Of a stretch of DNA of 64,000 nt, positions 31,753 through 43,005 are shown in pieces. Source of the stretch: Candidatus Bathyarchaeota archaeon (lineage in GTDB: Archaea; Thermoproteota; Bathyarchaeia; Bathyarchaeales; Bathycorpusculaceae). The notes below the pieces were generated by a model that saw nothing but the letters and a program-made list of their open reading frames with translations, was not told where the DNA came from and made no database searches. Positions within the stretch are counted from its first letter, which is position 1, and the number at the start of each line of letters is the position of its first letter. The position numbers and the translations under genes were made by a program. The stretch spans positions 1 through 64,000 of the forward strand of contig CAWEPZ010000001.1 of NCBI GenBank assembly GCA_963811105.1, read 5' to 3'.

Positions 31753-31877
31753 TGGTGCTGCGGGCAGGATTCGAACCTGCGAACCCCTGCGGGAAAGGAT
31801 TTCCCATCACGAGCCCATTTCAGGCCAAATGTTTGATCTTGAGTCCTTCACCTTTGACCTGGCTTGGTTACCGCAGC
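31753..31877 (-). tRNA. tRNA-Leu(CAA) with a 37-nt intron (31801-31837) at position 37/38
   Basis: GCTGCGG acceptor stem, long variable arm, GGTTCGAATCC, ACCA end; canonical bulge-helix-bulge (CTCA/TGGG helix, AGA and AAA bulges). Confidence 0.95.
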
Positions 31878-31939
31878 ACACGATTACAAACTACAGACTT
31901 TTCCCTATTCTTTCTTATTAATCATTTGATTCTTCTTGT

Positions 31940-33745
31940 TCATGCTTTGAGGACTTTTTCCAAGTTAACAATAAAACGTTCATACACTTTCAAGCCGCCA
32001 CTCCAAAAGGTTGGGTCTGCCACGTTTAAGCCTAATATTTTGCCGATTTCCAGAGGTGACACGCTGCTTCCAGCCGACAACGCCTGCATGAGTTTAGGTA
32101 CAAACGCTTTGCCCTCCTCCAAGTAATGCTCATAAAGGGAATAGACGAACATTTGAGCGTAGACGTAGGGATAGTTGTAGAACCTGTAGTTAGCCATGTA
32201 GTAATGAGGTTTCATTGTCCATTCTGCTTGCATTTCGGGGAGCCATGCGACGGCGTCGCTGTAGATGCGGTCCCTTGCCACAGTCCAGTGGCGGCAAATT
32301 GTTGGGTAATCCAAGTATTCTTCTTGCTTAATGGAGTTATAGAGAGCCTGCTCAAACCATACGCGTGCGGTAACTTGGAACGTGGTCATGCCTGCCTCGT
32401 CCAAAACCATGCAAAGAACAGCTTTGCTCTGTGCATCCGACTTCGCCTGCTCCAACATCAGGTCTGTCAGCAGAAGTTCGCCGAAGATGGATGCAGTCTC
32501 AGCCACAATGGATGGAACAGCTATGTTCATCAGAGTTTGGCTCCTCGACATATAGTAGTCGTGTGTAGCGTGTCCCAGCTCATGCGCCAGTGTAAACACA
32601 TCGCTTAGAGTGCCGTTGAAGTTGTCAAGTATAAATGCAGATTTCCCGCGATACCAGCTTGCGCAGAAGGCGCCGTTGCGTTTCCCAAACCTAGGTGGTG
32701 CGTCGATGCGGCGTTTCCTAAACATTTCTTCCACAGCTGTTGCGTATTGGGGATCGAAGCGGCTGTATGCCCGTGTAATGAGGCTTTGGACTTCGCCAAA
32801 GCTGAATTTTAAGTCAGGAGCTTCAGGCAAGGGTGAAACGATGTCGTGGTTCCCAAGCAACGGCAACCCCATAAGTTTAGCTTTCAATTTGAGGTAACGA
32901 CGATATGTGCCTGCGTTGCCTTCTATTGCAGCAAGTAGATTCTCAATGATCACCTGTTCAGTATCATTATTTAGGAGGCTAGACTCCATGGGCGAAGCAT
33001 ATTTTCTGCGTTGCGAAACGGTGACCCAGTCATTGCAGATGCTCCTTAGGGCGGCGGCAAAAATTTCGCCGTCTCTGCCAAGCAAACCGTAGATTGAGCG
33101 GTTTGCAGATTCTCGTGTGTCACGGTCTGGATGAGATAGAAGTCCGTTAGCCGCGCCGTAACTAAATGTTTTTTTCTCCCCTAAAACGGTGATTTCGAAG
33201 AGGCGGGTGTTAAGCCATTTGCTTTGCAACTCCTCCCAAGCCTGCACACCAAACTGATCCTTCTCAATGACCAACTGCTCCTCGACTTCGCTTAGTTGAT
33301 GGACTGCACGTCGCTGAACACGCTCTAGCATATGCCTGTACCCAGTCAAAACTGGGTCCCCAATCAATTCAGGCTTAGCTTTAACAAGTGCACCTATCTC
33401 TATTGAAAAGAAAGCCAATTGCTTACCCAGTTGCGCCTCAAACTTGCTTACTTTGTCGTAAAGCGCTTGCGTCTCGGGCAATGTCATGTTAGCTGAAAAA
33501 GACAAGCTTGCAAAAAGCGATAAGTCTCCTGTTTTAATTTCAAAATCTTCCAATTCCCTGATGCATTTAATCAGACTTGCGGCGTCAAAAGAAGCTATTT
33601 TTCCTCGGTATGTCTTTTCGAAAGCATCGGCAAAAATTTTAGTCTCACTAATAGTTTTTTCGACAGCTGGGTCAGTAACACTGGGATAAAGTTCTTTTAG
33701 GTCCCAAGTGACTTCTTGTTCTTCGTTAGTCATAGGTTTCGCCAC
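31940..33745 (-). CDS. pepF: M3 oligoendopeptidase F
   Basis: WDLKELY, GKRNGAFC, TLAHELGHATH, AETASIFGE, FYNYPY. Confidence 0.92.
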   Translation of the reverse strand: MAKPMTNEEQEVTWDLKELYPSVTDPAVEKTISETKIFADAFEKTYRGKIASFDAASLIKCIRELEDFEIKTGDLSLFASLSFSANMTLPETQALYDKVSKFEAQLGKQLAFFSIEIGALVKAKPELIGDPVLTGYRHMLERVQRRAVHQLSEVEEQLVIEKDQFGVQAWEELQSKWLNTRLFEITVLGEKKTFSYGAANGLLSHPDRDTRESANRSIYGLLGRDGEIFAAALRSICNDWVTVSQRRKYASPMESSLLNNDTEQVIIENLLAAIEGNAGTYRRYLKLKAKLMGLPLLGNHDIVSPLPEAPDLKFSFGEVQSLITRAYSRFDPQYATAVEEMFRKRRIDAPPRFGKRNGAFCASWYRGKSAFILDNFNGTLSDVFTLAHELGHATHDYYMSRSQTLMNIAVPSIVAETASIFGELLLTDLMLEQAKSDAQSKAVLCMVLDEAGMTTFQVTARVWFEQALYNSIKQEEYLDYPTICRHWTVARDRIYSDAVAWLPEMQAEWTMKPHYYMANYRFYNYPYVYAQMFVYSLYEHYLEEGKAFVPKLMQALSAGSSVSPLEIGKILGLNVADPTFWSGGLKVYERFIVNLEKVLKA

Positions 33746-33801
33746 AACTTTAAAACTCGTAGGGGTATTTTGGGTTTGCCTAGCACGATTCTTTCTTCAT
33801 A

Positions 33802-34749
33802 ATGATTTCATTCGACCGCAAAAGAAAAAGGGCTGCACAAACGATACAACAGGGAATACGCATGGTTACAGAGCACAAAATAATTCTTGGCAATAGCCAG
33901 CAAATGCTTGAACTCCGCGATAGCAGCCTGCACTTGATGATCACATCGCCACCTTATCCCATGATAAAAATGTGGGATAACTTTTTCGCCGATGCCGACC
34001 CAAAAATCAGAAAACTTTGGAAGAAGTTGGAAAAAGACGGCAATGAAGAAACCGTCCGGCAAATTTACGATGGTATGCACAATTATCTGAGGAAAGTTTG
34101 GCAGGAAACATATCGCGTTCTTGTTGACGGTGGCATAGCATGCATAAACATTGGCGACGCAACACGAACAGTTAACGGCAAATTCCAGCTTTTTCCTAAC
34201 CACTCGAGAATAACTGAAATTTGCGAAAAAATCGGGTTCATCACATTACCCTATATTTTATGGAAAAAACCGACAAACAAGCCAAAATATAAGGGCAAAG
34301 GCGCATTCTTGGGTTCAGGTTTTCTGCCGCCGAACGCTTATGTGACACTTGATTGTGAGTTCATATTGCTATTTAGAAAAGGGAATCTTCGGAAGTTTCG
34401 GCCTCACGATGAACTTCGCTACGGAAGCGCATTTAAGAAAGTTGAGCGAGATGAATGGTTCAGCCAAATCTGGTCGTTAAAAGGAACCCGCCAAACTGTA
34501 AGCGAACTGGAGAGAAGAACAGCGGCCTACCCAGACGAAATCGCTGGTCGTCTTATCAAAATGTTCAGCATAAAAGGCGAAACAGTCTTGGATCCCTTTC
34601 TTGGTTCAGGAACAACAATGAAGATAGCAATGCAGAATGAACGAAACAGCATTGGATATGAAACAGACCAAAACCTGCTTTCCGTTATAGCCAAAAAAAC
34701 AGGCAACAACAATGTTCACGAGGCGACTGTGGAAGTAATCAGGCGCTAA
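33802..34749 (+). CDS. Beta-class N4C/N6A DNA methyltransferase (start possibly at 33862)
   Basis: TSPPY catalytic motif precedes the SAM-binding motif VLDPFLGSGTT. Confidence 0.92.
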   Translation: MISFDRKRKRAAQTIQQGIRMVTEHKIILGNSQQMLELRDSSLHLMITSPPYPMIKMWDNFFADADPKIRKLWKKLEKDGNEETVRQIYDGMHNYLRKVWQETYRVLVDGGIACINIGDATRTVNGKFQLFPNHSRITEICEKIGFITLPYILWKKPTNKPKYKGKGAFLGSGFLPPNAYVTLDCEFILLFRKGNLRKFRPHDELRYGSAFKKVERDEWFSQIWSLKGTRQTVSELERRTAAYPDEIAGRLIKMFSIKGETVLDPFLGSGTTMKIAMQNERNSIGYETDQNLLSVIAKKTGNNNVHEATVEVIRR

Positions 34750-34896
34750 AGTTTCTTGGGTGGTAGTAAAAGTTGAATATTATCCATTGATAATATAGCC
34801 GAAATAGGCTGTATTAATTGGGTAAGCAAAACTCAACCGATAGGAACCACTTCGGTTTAGGGAATATTGCACTAAGGTTTACTCAGTCAGGCGAAC

Positions 34897-35120
34897 GTGT
34901 TAGGAGTAACATTGCTAAAGATCTTTTTGCGTTTGACCAAACGTTGCAGGGGTACGATTGCCAAAAAATTCGTGATCGCGAAGATTTTATTGTTCAGAGA
35001 CGTGATTTTTTTGGGAACAAGGTTGGGGGATCTCACAGTTTTTGAAGTGAAAACGGGAGATTCTCAGTTGTCTGAAGCACTGAAAAAAGGCAGCGGCAAC
35101 TAAGAAGAAGCTGCTATGAA
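34897..35120 (+). pseudogene. PD-(D/E)XK endonuclease-like remnant
   Basis: 'DVIF...VFEVKTGDSQLS' resembles Holliday-junction-resolvase-like nucleases; no intact ORF. Confidence 0.4.
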
Positions 35121-35800
35121 GTGGCTAGATAATAGTTACCAATGTTGTATGAATCATCAATTGTCCTTTTAGGCAGGTTCAAGTGTAACTTCGTTTGGCT
35201 ATCCTATCAGGTTTGGCTTATCGTTCTTTAAAGAAGCTATAGTTAAATCTGGAATACACATGCGTCCACTTTTGCACATCTGGCCTAAAAAACTCTCTGG
35301 ATTCTGTGGTACATCCTTATACTCAATAGTACTTTGAATATACTTCAGTGCACGCATCTCGCATACAATTTAAGAGTTGTCAAAAAAAACCCCAATCAAG
35401 CTGTTTAAAAATTGCAGCAACAGTTGTTCTTCTCTTAAAGAAATTCACCTTTTCTGATTGGTAAAAAAGTGTTTTCTCACATCAATAGACCTCGCTTAGG
35501 CCAAGTAATGTGTTATTTGCTGGCTATAGTTGATTTTTTGCTTTGTTTTAGGTTTTGCTTCATGCAACGCATCTCTAAAGTGTTTTTTTAAAGGGCTATC
35601 TCCATGAAGTTTAATAGGTATTCAGTTTAGAAGCACAACGGATAATAATGTTTATTAGTAAGCTATACGGCTTGTGTTTGTGCTCTTAGAAAAGTTAGCT
35701 GAAGCCTTTTTCAAATTGGTTGATCCCCTATCAAAGGAGTTGCAAGTTTGAAAACACTAACAAAATCACAAAATAATAAAAATTATGGAGAATTGATAAA

Positions 35801-38800
35801 TTGACTTCCACCATTCAGAAAGAAGATATCCATGATTTATTGAAGACATTTTTCAGCGAGAAAGGACTAGTTCGCCAGCACCTTGACAGCTACAATGAAT
35901 TCATCGACCACGGATTACAGGAAGTAGTTGATGAAGTCGCCGAAATCCCCATTGAAGTGCCAGAAAGCCCCTACAAAGTGAAACTTGGACAAATCTGGGT
36001 AATTGACCCCCAATCGAGAATCACTGGTCCCTACGTCACCGAAGTGGATGGCACAAAACATGAAATTTACCCGATGGAAGCGAGACTACGCAACTTGGCG
36101 TATTCCACCCCCATCGCTTTAGAAATGACCCCTGTCATCGATGGAAGAGAGCAAGACACAGAACTTGTCTACATCGGAAATATCCCTGTCATGCTAAAAT
36201 CAAAACTTTGTTTCCTATCCCAGCTTTCTAAAGAAGAACTCATCGCGGCTGGAGAAGATCCTGATGACCAAGGCGGATATTTTGTCGTTAATGGATCCGA
36301 ACGAGTCATCGTCGCTATGGAAGATCTGGCACCTAACCGTGTAATTGTAGACATAGATGAGAAAGGAACCGCACCTGTTTATCAAGCAAAAATTTTCTCA
36401 ACAACCGTCGGTTTCAGAGCCAGAATTGAACTTAAACTCAAATCAGACGATGCAATTTACGTCACTATGCCGGGTGTGCCGACAGAAATTCCATTCGTCG
36501 TTATCATGCGCGCACTCAGCTTGGAAAAAGACAAAGATATTGCAGAGGCAGTTTCACTTGACAGCGAAATGCAAAGCCAACTAGCCGCCTCTTTTGAGAA
36601 AGCCATCGGTGTGGACACGCCTGCTGATGCAATCCTATTCATCGGCAACCGTGTAGCCCACGGACAAGTTGAAGAGTACCGTTTACAGAAAGCTGAAACA
36701 GCCCTTGACAAAAACTTCCTGCCACACCTTGGCAGAAGCGAAAAGAACAGAAAGGAAAAAGCCATCTTCCTCGGCGAAATGGCTTACAGAGTTTTACAAT
36801 TAAAAACTGGAAGAAGGCAACCTGACGACAAAGACCACTTCAAGAACAAACGTTTGCGCCTTGGTGGTCCACTTCTCGCAGACCTCTTCAGAGTATCATT
36901 TAGAAACTTAACAAGAGACATAAAATATCAACTTGAACGCATTGGGGTTAAAGGGCCAATCATAACTGTGTCAGCTGCAGTACGCCCAGGCATTATTACC
37001 GAGAGGTTCCAACATGCGTTGGCAACAGGCAACTGGGGAAGAGGAAGAGTCGGTATCACCCAACTGCTCGACCGAACAAACTACATATCCACCCTTAGTC
37101 ACCTACGCAGGCTGCAGTCACCTTTAAGCAGAAGTCAACCTAACTTCGAAGCCAGAGACTTACACCCAACCCACTGGGGACGGCTCTGTCCTAACGAAAC
37201 ACCTGAGGGCTCCAACTGTGGGCTCGTCAAAAACTTGGCGTTATCAGCATCCATCGCTGTCGGCGTAAACCCTGACAGAGTCAAACAGATACTTTTTGAA
37301 ATGGGCTCTGTTCCAGCCGCAGAAGCAAGCATTGAGCTGCGTATTTCAGGAGCAAAAGTTTTCGTTGATGGAAACATAATTGGCTACTGCAACAGCCCCG
37401 CAGAAATCGTGAAATCTTTTCGGGAGAAACGAAGAGCTGGAGAAATCTCAACCGAAGTAAATGTAACATACTTCTCTAAGCTACAAACAGAAACTGAAGA
37501 AGTGCATGCCAACTGTGACGAAGGCAGAGTTAGACGTCCACTCATAATCGTTGAAAATGGCGCTCCAAAACTTCAAGCCAAGCACATTGAAAAAATCGGC
37601 TTAGGCGAATGGACCTGGGAAGACGTGGTTAAAAACGGATTCATAGAATATTTGGATGCTGAAGAAGAAGAAAACGCTTACATCTCATTAACATTCGACG
37701 CAATTCAACCAACAAACACACATGTCGAAATAGCCACATACACAATCTTAGGTATCTGTGCTTCAACAATCCCTTATCCAGAACACAACCAGTCTCCACG
37801 AAACTCATACCAAGCAGCCATGGCCAAACAAGCCTTAGGAGTTTATGGCACAAACTTCCATCACCGCGTAGATTCACGTTCACACATACTTCACTACCCA
37901 CAAGTACCTATGGTTGAAACCGAATTGATGGAAGTTATGGGTTACAAACAACGTCCAACAGGACAAAACTGCGTCGTCGCCGTGCTTAGCTTCGAAGGCT
38001 ACAACATGGAAGACGCCCTAATATTCAACAAAGCATCAGTCGAACGAGGCTTAGCAAGATCTACATTCTACAGAATCTACGAAGCCGAATGCCGCCAATA
38101 CCTAGGAGGCTTAAAAGACAAATTCACTGTCCCAGAACCAGGAACCCGCGGCTATCGAGGCGAACAATACTACAGGCTCTTGGAACCTGACGGGATAATC
38201 AGTTTAGAATCACAAGTGGTCGGCGGAGACGTTTTAATCGGCAGAATTAGCCCGCCAAGATTCCTCGAAGAATACAAGGAATTTGAAGTAAAAGGGCCTT
38301 CAATGCGTGACACCTCAGTAGACATGCGTCCATCCGAAACAGGAATTGTAGATGGCATATTCATAACTATGTCAGGCGAAGGTAGCCAACTGGTAAAAGT
38401 AAGAGTTCGAGACCAAAGAATACCCGAACTTGGAGACAAATTCGCTTCACGTCATGGACAAAAAGGAGTTATCGGCTTAATCGTACCTCAAGAAGACCTG
38501 CCATTCTCAGACGGAGGCATTGTTCCAGACTTGATAATTAACCCGCACGCCATCCCCTCAAGAATGACTATCGGACAATTCATCGAATCACTGGCTGGAA
38601 AAGCTGCATCAGCAAGAGGCAAACCAGCAGACGGCACACCCTTCTCAAACGAAGGACCTGACGAAATACGCAAGCAACTCATAAAGCTCGGCTTCAGTCA
38701 TACTGGAGGCGAAGTTTTCTACAGTGGTACAACAGGCGAAAAATTCGTTGCAGATGTATTCGTCGGCGTAGTTTACTACCAAAAACTTCACCATATGGTT

Positions 38801-39169
38801 GCAGACAAAATTCACGCAAGAGCCAGAGGTCAAGTTCAGATGTTAACGAGGCAACCAACTGAAGGCAGAGCTAGAGGCGGAGGTCTTAGGTTCGGAGAAA
38901 TGGAACGAGACTGCCTTATCGGTCACGGCGCTGCTATGCTGCTAAGAGACAGATTGCTTGAAGAGTCAGACAAATACACACTCTACATTTGCGAGAACTG
39001 TGGACAAATCGCTTACTTTGACATGAAACAAAGACGCTATGTATGCAGAATATGTGACGAGAAAGCAAAGATTTCACCAGTAATCGTCTCGTACGCTTTC
39101 AAGCTTCTATTGCAAGAGCTTCAAAGCCTCTGTATCACTCCAAAATTAAGATTAAAAGAGAAGGCATAA
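35801..39169 (+). CDS. rpoB: DNA-directed RNA polymerase subunit Rpo2 (B), unsplit
   Basis: GYFVVNGSERV, GDKFASRHGQKG, RFGEMERD, C-terminal zinc ribbon. Confidence 0.99.
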   Translation: MTSTIQKEDIHDLLKTFFSEKGLVRQHLDSYNEFIDHGLQEVVDEVAEIPIEVPESPYKVKLGQIWVIDPQSRITGPYVTEVDGTKHEIYPMEARLRNLAYSTPIALEMTPVIDGREQDTELVYIGNIPVMLKSKLCFLSQLSKEELIAAGEDPDDQGGYFVVNGSERVIVAMEDLAPNRVIVDIDEKGTAPVYQAKIFSTTVGFRARIELKLKSDDAIYVTMPGVPTEIPFVVIMRALSLEKDKDIAEAVSLDSEMQSQLAASFEKAIGVDTPADAILFIGNRVAHGQVEEYRLQKAETALDKNFLPHLGRSEKNRKEKAIFLGEMAYRVLQLKTGRRQPDDKDHFKNKRLRLGGPLLADLFRVSFRNLTRDIKYQLERIGVKGPIITVSAAVRPGIITERFQHALATGNWGRGRVGITQLLDRTNYISTLSHLRRLQSPLSRSQPNFEARDLHPTHWGRLCPNETPEGSNCGLVKNLALSASIAVGVNPDRVKQILFEMGSVPAAEASIELRISGAKVFVDGNIIGYCNSPAEIVKSFREKRRAGEISTEVNVTYFSKLQTETEEVHANCDEGRVRRPLIIVENGAPKLQAKHIEKIGLGEWTWEDVVKNGFIEYLDAEEEENAYISLTFDAIQPTNTHVEIATYTILGICASTIPYPEHNQSPRNSYQAAMAKQALGVYGTNFHHRVDSRSHILHYPQVPMVETELMEVMGYKQRPTGQNCVVAVLSFEGYNMEDALIFNKASVERGLARSTFYRIYEAECRQYLGGLKDKFTVPEPGTRGYRGEQYYRLLEPDGIISLESQVVGGDVLIGRISPPRFLEEYKEFEVKGPSMRDTSVDMRPSETGIVDGIFITMSGEGSQLVKVRVRDQRIPELGDKFASRHGQKGVIGLIVPQEDLPFSDGGIVPDLIINPHAIPSRMTIGQFIESLAGKAASARGKPADGTPFSNEGPDEIRKQLIKLGFSHTGGEVFYSGTTGEKFVADVFVGVVYYQKLHHMVADKIHARARGQVQMLTRQPTEGRARGGGLRFGEMERDCLIGHGAAMLLRDRLLEESDKYTLYICENCGQIAYFDMKQRRYVCRICDEKAKISPVIVSYAFKLLLQELQSLCITPKLRLKEKA

Positions 39170-39171
39170 CT

Positions 39172-42100
39172 ATGGCACAGGAAGAATTAATTCATAAAAT
39201 AGTTGACGAAATCTCATTCGGTTTAATCTCACCTAAAGACCTGCGAAAACAATCAGTCGTTGAAATCCAAACCCCAGACACCTATGACGAAGATGGCGCA
39301 CCTATCACCGCTGGCTTAATGGATGGCAGATTAGGCACACTTGAGCCAAGGCAACGCTGCAAAACCTGCGGCAACACAGCCATTCGCTGCCCAGGACACT
39401 TCGGACACATTGAGTTAGCTGTACCAATAGTTCACATTGAATTCACAAAAATCATATTTGACCTTTTGAAATCAACCTGCCGCAGCTGCGGACGAATACT
39501 CTTATCTGAAGATGCTTCAAAAAAGGCAAAGCAACGAATTGAACGGCTAAATGAGCTTTTAGGCACGATTCCAGACGAAATTTACAAAGAAATAATGACT
39601 GAAATCAAAGCCAAACAGTGTCCCTACTGTGCATCAGCCCAATTCAAGATTACTTTTGAGAAACCAACAAAATTTATCGAGCAGACCGAATTAGGCTCTG
39701 AGCCACTGACACCTAGCATGATTCGCGAAAGGCTTGAACGTGTCTCAGATGAAGATCTGGAAATCTTGGGATTCAACCCAAAAGTTGCGCGCCCCGAATG
39801 GATGGTTCTGCAAGTTCTACCTGTTCCGCCAGTTTACGTTCGACCATCAATCACTTTAGAATCAGGTATCCGTTCTGAAGACGACTTAACTCACAAACTC
39901 GTTGACATTATTCGCATTAACCAACGTTTGAAGGAAAACATGGAAGCGGGTGCACCTACACTTATTATTCAAGACCTCTCCGAGCTGTTGCAGTATCACG
40001 TTACAACCTACTTTAACAATGAAGCATCAGGTATTCCACCGGCAAGACATCGCAGCGGAAGAGCATTAAAGACTCTCTCCCAGAGGCTGAAAGGCAAAGA
40101 AGGACGCTTTAGAAGCAACCTTTCAGGAAAACGAGTTGACTTCTCAGCACGAACAGTTATCTCACCTGACCCTAACCTTGACATTAACGAAGTCGGAGTT
40201 CCAGTTGATGTTGCCATGCGCCTTTCTGTTCCAGAAAAGGTTACAGCATGGAACATTGAGGAAATGAAGAAGTTTGTAATTAACGGCCCAGAAAATTATC
40301 CTGGCGCTTTATACATTATCCGCCCCGATAGCAAACGTATTAGGCTAGAATTCGTTGTTGACAGAACCAAAATTGCCGAAGCAGTTGAGTTAGGATTCAT
40401 AGTTGAGCGGCACCTAAAGAACGGCGATATTGCAATCTTTAATCGTCAGCCTTCTCTTCACCGCATGTCCATCATGGCTCATTATGTCCGGGTTTTGCCA
40501 TACAAAACTTTCCGTTTACACCTGTGTGTTTGCCCACCCTACAACGCTGACTTTGATGGCGACGAAATGAACCTCCATGTACCACAGAGCGAAGAAGCCA
40601 GAACCGAAGCACTATTGCTAATGCAGGTGCAAGACCAAATTCTCTCACCCAGATTCGGCGGACCTATCATAGGCGCTATAAGAGACTTTATCACAAGCGC
40701 ATACTACTTTACCAAAACTGGAAACTACCTTACTCGATCGCAAGTTACCCGGCTACTTACAGCAACTGGATACACAGGCGAAATGCCAGTCCCAGAAATA
40801 AAAGAACCCCAACCCATGTGGTCAGGCAAACAAATATTCAGCCTCTTCCTGCCCAAAACCTTGAATTATGTTCTCAAAGCCAACATTTGCCAAGGCTGCA
40901 CTAAATGCGAAGAAGAAGAATGCAAACACGACGCGTATGTAGTGGTTAGAAATGGCCAGCTAGTCTCAGGTATCATCGACAGAAAATCCATCGGCGCTGA
41001 GCAATCAGAAAGCTTACTTCACAGAATAATCAAGGACTATGGCACTCAAGCAGGAAGAGAATTCCTAAACAACATAACACATTTGCTAAAACTGTACATT
41101 TCAATGCGAGGCTTCAGTTACACCTACGATCAACTAGTTCTTTCGCCAAAAGCTCGCAATCGTATGGCTAAAACAATGGAACGTATTCAAAAGAAAATCG
41201 ATGAACACATTGAGAACTTCCGCAACGGAACACTTCCACGGTTGCCAGGTCAAACCTTAGAGGAATCATTCGAAATATATGTCATGCATGAACTAGCAGT
41301 GGCCAGAGATGAATCAGGCAAGATAGCAGATGAAGACTTTACTCTAGAAAACGCAGGCATTGTTATGACACGCTCAGGTGCAAGAGGTTCAAGTCTAAAT
41401 ATTGGCCAAATGGCTGCTTGCGTTGGGCAACAATCAGTACGAGGAAAACGTGTCTTGCGAGGCTATGCTGGAAGAGCATTGCCACACTTCATTGAAGGCG
41501 ACCCCAGTCCAAGAGCAAGAGGCTTTGTCTATAACTCTTATCAGTCAGGTTTGGACGCGATTGAATTCTTCTTCCACGCTATGGGTGGCAGAGAAGGTCT
41601 AGTTGACACAGCCGTCCGTACTCAACAGAGCGGTTACATGCAAAGAAGACTAATCAACGCTTTAGAACACATTCGACTTGAATACGACAGTACAGTCCGT
41701 GACTCAGCAGGCGACATCATCCAATTCAGGTATGGCGAAGACGGTGTTGACCCAGCAAAAAGCGACCACGGCAAAGCTGTAAACGTAAGCCGACTAATTG
41801 ACCAAATAAAAATCGGCGAAGTTAAAGGCGAAGCAGCATCAAGCGAGGAAATCAAGAAGCAGATGAAAATCGTTGAAAGCCAGCTAACACCGATTTTGCT
41901 GGATCAACTCAAAATTGGATTTGCAAAGAACAAACTAACCAAGAAAGCTGTAGAAAAAGCAACGAGCTCAACAGCTGAGCAATATAATCGTGCTTTAATG
42001 GAGCCAGGTGAGGCAGTTGGAATTGTTGCTGCTCAATCCATAGGTGAACCAGGCACCCAGATGACTCTTAGAACCTTCCATTACGCTGGTGTCAAAGAAC

Positions 42101-43005
42101 AAAACGTCACTTTAGGCTTACCACGACTCATCGAAATAGTAGACGCACGCAGGATTCCTTCAACACCTATTATGACTATTTATCTAATGCCAGAATCTGC
42201 CAAGAGCAAAGAAAGCGCTGTTGAAGTCGCAAGAAACATAATTTACACTTCAGTTGAAAACTTGGCTTCAGCAATTTACGAAGACCCAGTGCGCGAAGAA
42301 ATCGTTATTGAATTAAGCAAGTCAATGATGGATGACAGAGCCATAACAATGGACGAACTTAAAGAACGACTGGAACTACAAAATGCAGCAGTCACAATCA
42401 CAGACTACACAGTTCAGGTTAAACCCAAAAAAGCCGAACAACTAAAACGAATGTTAGGCAAGATTCCAAGCTTCCAAGTCAAAGGTGTACCAGACATTAA
42501 GCGTGTACTGGTCACTGAAGAAAACGGCGAATGGGTAATACGCACTGACGGCTCAAACCTCTCAAAAGTCCTCGAAGTTCGAGGCGTAGACACATCACGA
42601 ACAAGCACCAACAACATTCACGAAATAGCCAAAACTCTCGGTGTAGAAGCCTCAAGAAACGCATTGGTCAACGAAGCGAAAGGTGTCTTGGAAGATCAAG
42701 GTTTAGACGTAGATGTACGACACGTTATGCTTGTAGCAGATATGATGACAACAACAGGCGATGTGCAACAGATTGGCAGACACGGTATCAGCGGCAAGAA
42801 AGCAAGTGTCTTAGCGCGCGCAGCATTCGAAATTACTGTACCTAACATTGTTGAAGCGGCAGTGAAAGGTGAAAGTGATCCTTTGGCAGGAGTAACAGAA
42901 AACGTTATAGTCGGGCAGTCGATTCCAATCGGCACTGGCTTAGTTGAACTGTACATGTCAACATTTGATAAACAAGCAAAACAGGGAGGAAAGACAGAAG
43001 CATGA
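39172..43005 (+). CDS. rpoA1: DNA-directed RNA polymerase subunit Rpo1, A' and A'' fused
   Basis: NADFDGDEMN active site and A''-type AQSIGEPGTQMTL / RAAFE in one 1277-aa ORF. Confidence 0.98.
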   Translation: MAQEELIHKIVDEISFGLISPKDLRKQSVVEIQTPDTYDEDGAPITAGLMDGRLGTLEPRQRCKTCGNTAIRCPGHFGHIELAVPIVHIEFTKIIFDLLKSTCRSCGRILLSEDASKKAKQRIERLNELLGTIPDEIYKEIMTEIKAKQCPYCASAQFKITFEKPTKFIEQTELGSEPLTPSMIRERLERVSDEDLEILGFNPKVARPEWMVLQVLPVPPVYVRPSITLESGIRSEDDLTHKLVDIIRINQRLKENMEAGAPTLIIQDLSELLQYHVTTYFNNEASGIPPARHRSGRALKTLSQRLKGKEGRFRSNLSGKRVDFSARTVISPDPNLDINEVGVPVDVAMRLSVPEKVTAWNIEEMKKFVINGPENYPGALYIIRPDSKRIRLEFVVDRTKIAEAVELGFIVERHLKNGDIAIFNRQPSLHRMSIMAHYVRVLPYKTFRLHLCVCPPYNADFDGDEMNLHVPQSEEARTEALLLMQVQDQILSPRFGGPIIGAIRDFITSAYYFTKTGNYLTRSQVTRLLTATGYTGEMPVPEIKEPQPMWSGKQIFSLFLPKTLNYVLKANICQGCTKCEEEECKHDAYVVVRNGQLVSGIIDRKSIGAEQSESLLHRIIKDYGTQAGREFLNNITHLLKLYISMRGFSYTYDQLVLSPKARNRMAKTMERIQKKIDEHIENFRNGTLPRLPGQTLEESFEIYVMHELAVARDESGKIADEDFTLENAGIVMTRSGARGSSLNIGQMAACVGQQSVRGKRVLRGYAGRALPHFIEGDPSPRARGFVYNSYQSGLDAIEFFFHAMGGREGLVDTAVRTQQSGYMQRRLINALEHIRLEYDSTVRDSAGDIIQFRYGEDGVDPAKSDHGKAVNVSRLIDQIKIGEVKGEAASSEEIKKQMKIVESQLTPILLDQLKIGFAKNKLTKKAVEKATSSTAEQYNRALMEPGEAVGIVAAQSIGEPGTQMTLRTFHYAGVKEQNVTLGLPRLIEIVDARRIPSTPIMTIYLMPESAKSKESAVEVARNIIYTSVENLASAIYEDPVREEIVIELSKSMMDDRAITMDELKERLELQNAAVTITDYTVQVKPKKAEQLKRMLGKIPSFQVKGVPDIKRVLVTEENGEWVIRTDGSNLSKVLEVRGVDTSRTSTNNIHEIAKTLGVEASRNALVNEAKGVLEDQGLDVDVRHVMLVADMMTTTGDVQQIGRHGISGKKASVLARAAFEITVPNIVEAAVKGESDPLAGVTENVIVGQSIPIGTGLVELYMSTFDKQAKQGGKTEA

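Noticed and set aside
31801-31837. tRNA intron as a novelty
   Set aside because: Canonical position and BHB motif; routine in archaea.
31712-32126. ORFs 31712-31921 and 31755-32126
   Set aside because: They overlap tRNA-Leu and the pepF 3' end on the opposite strand.
35165-35360. Possible rpo5 remnant upstream of rpoB
   Set aside because: Translation gives an unrelated decayed minus-strand ORF (...KSGRMCIPDLTIASL..KPNLIG*..EVTLEPA) with no Rpo5 motifs such as HxLVPKH or LPxI.
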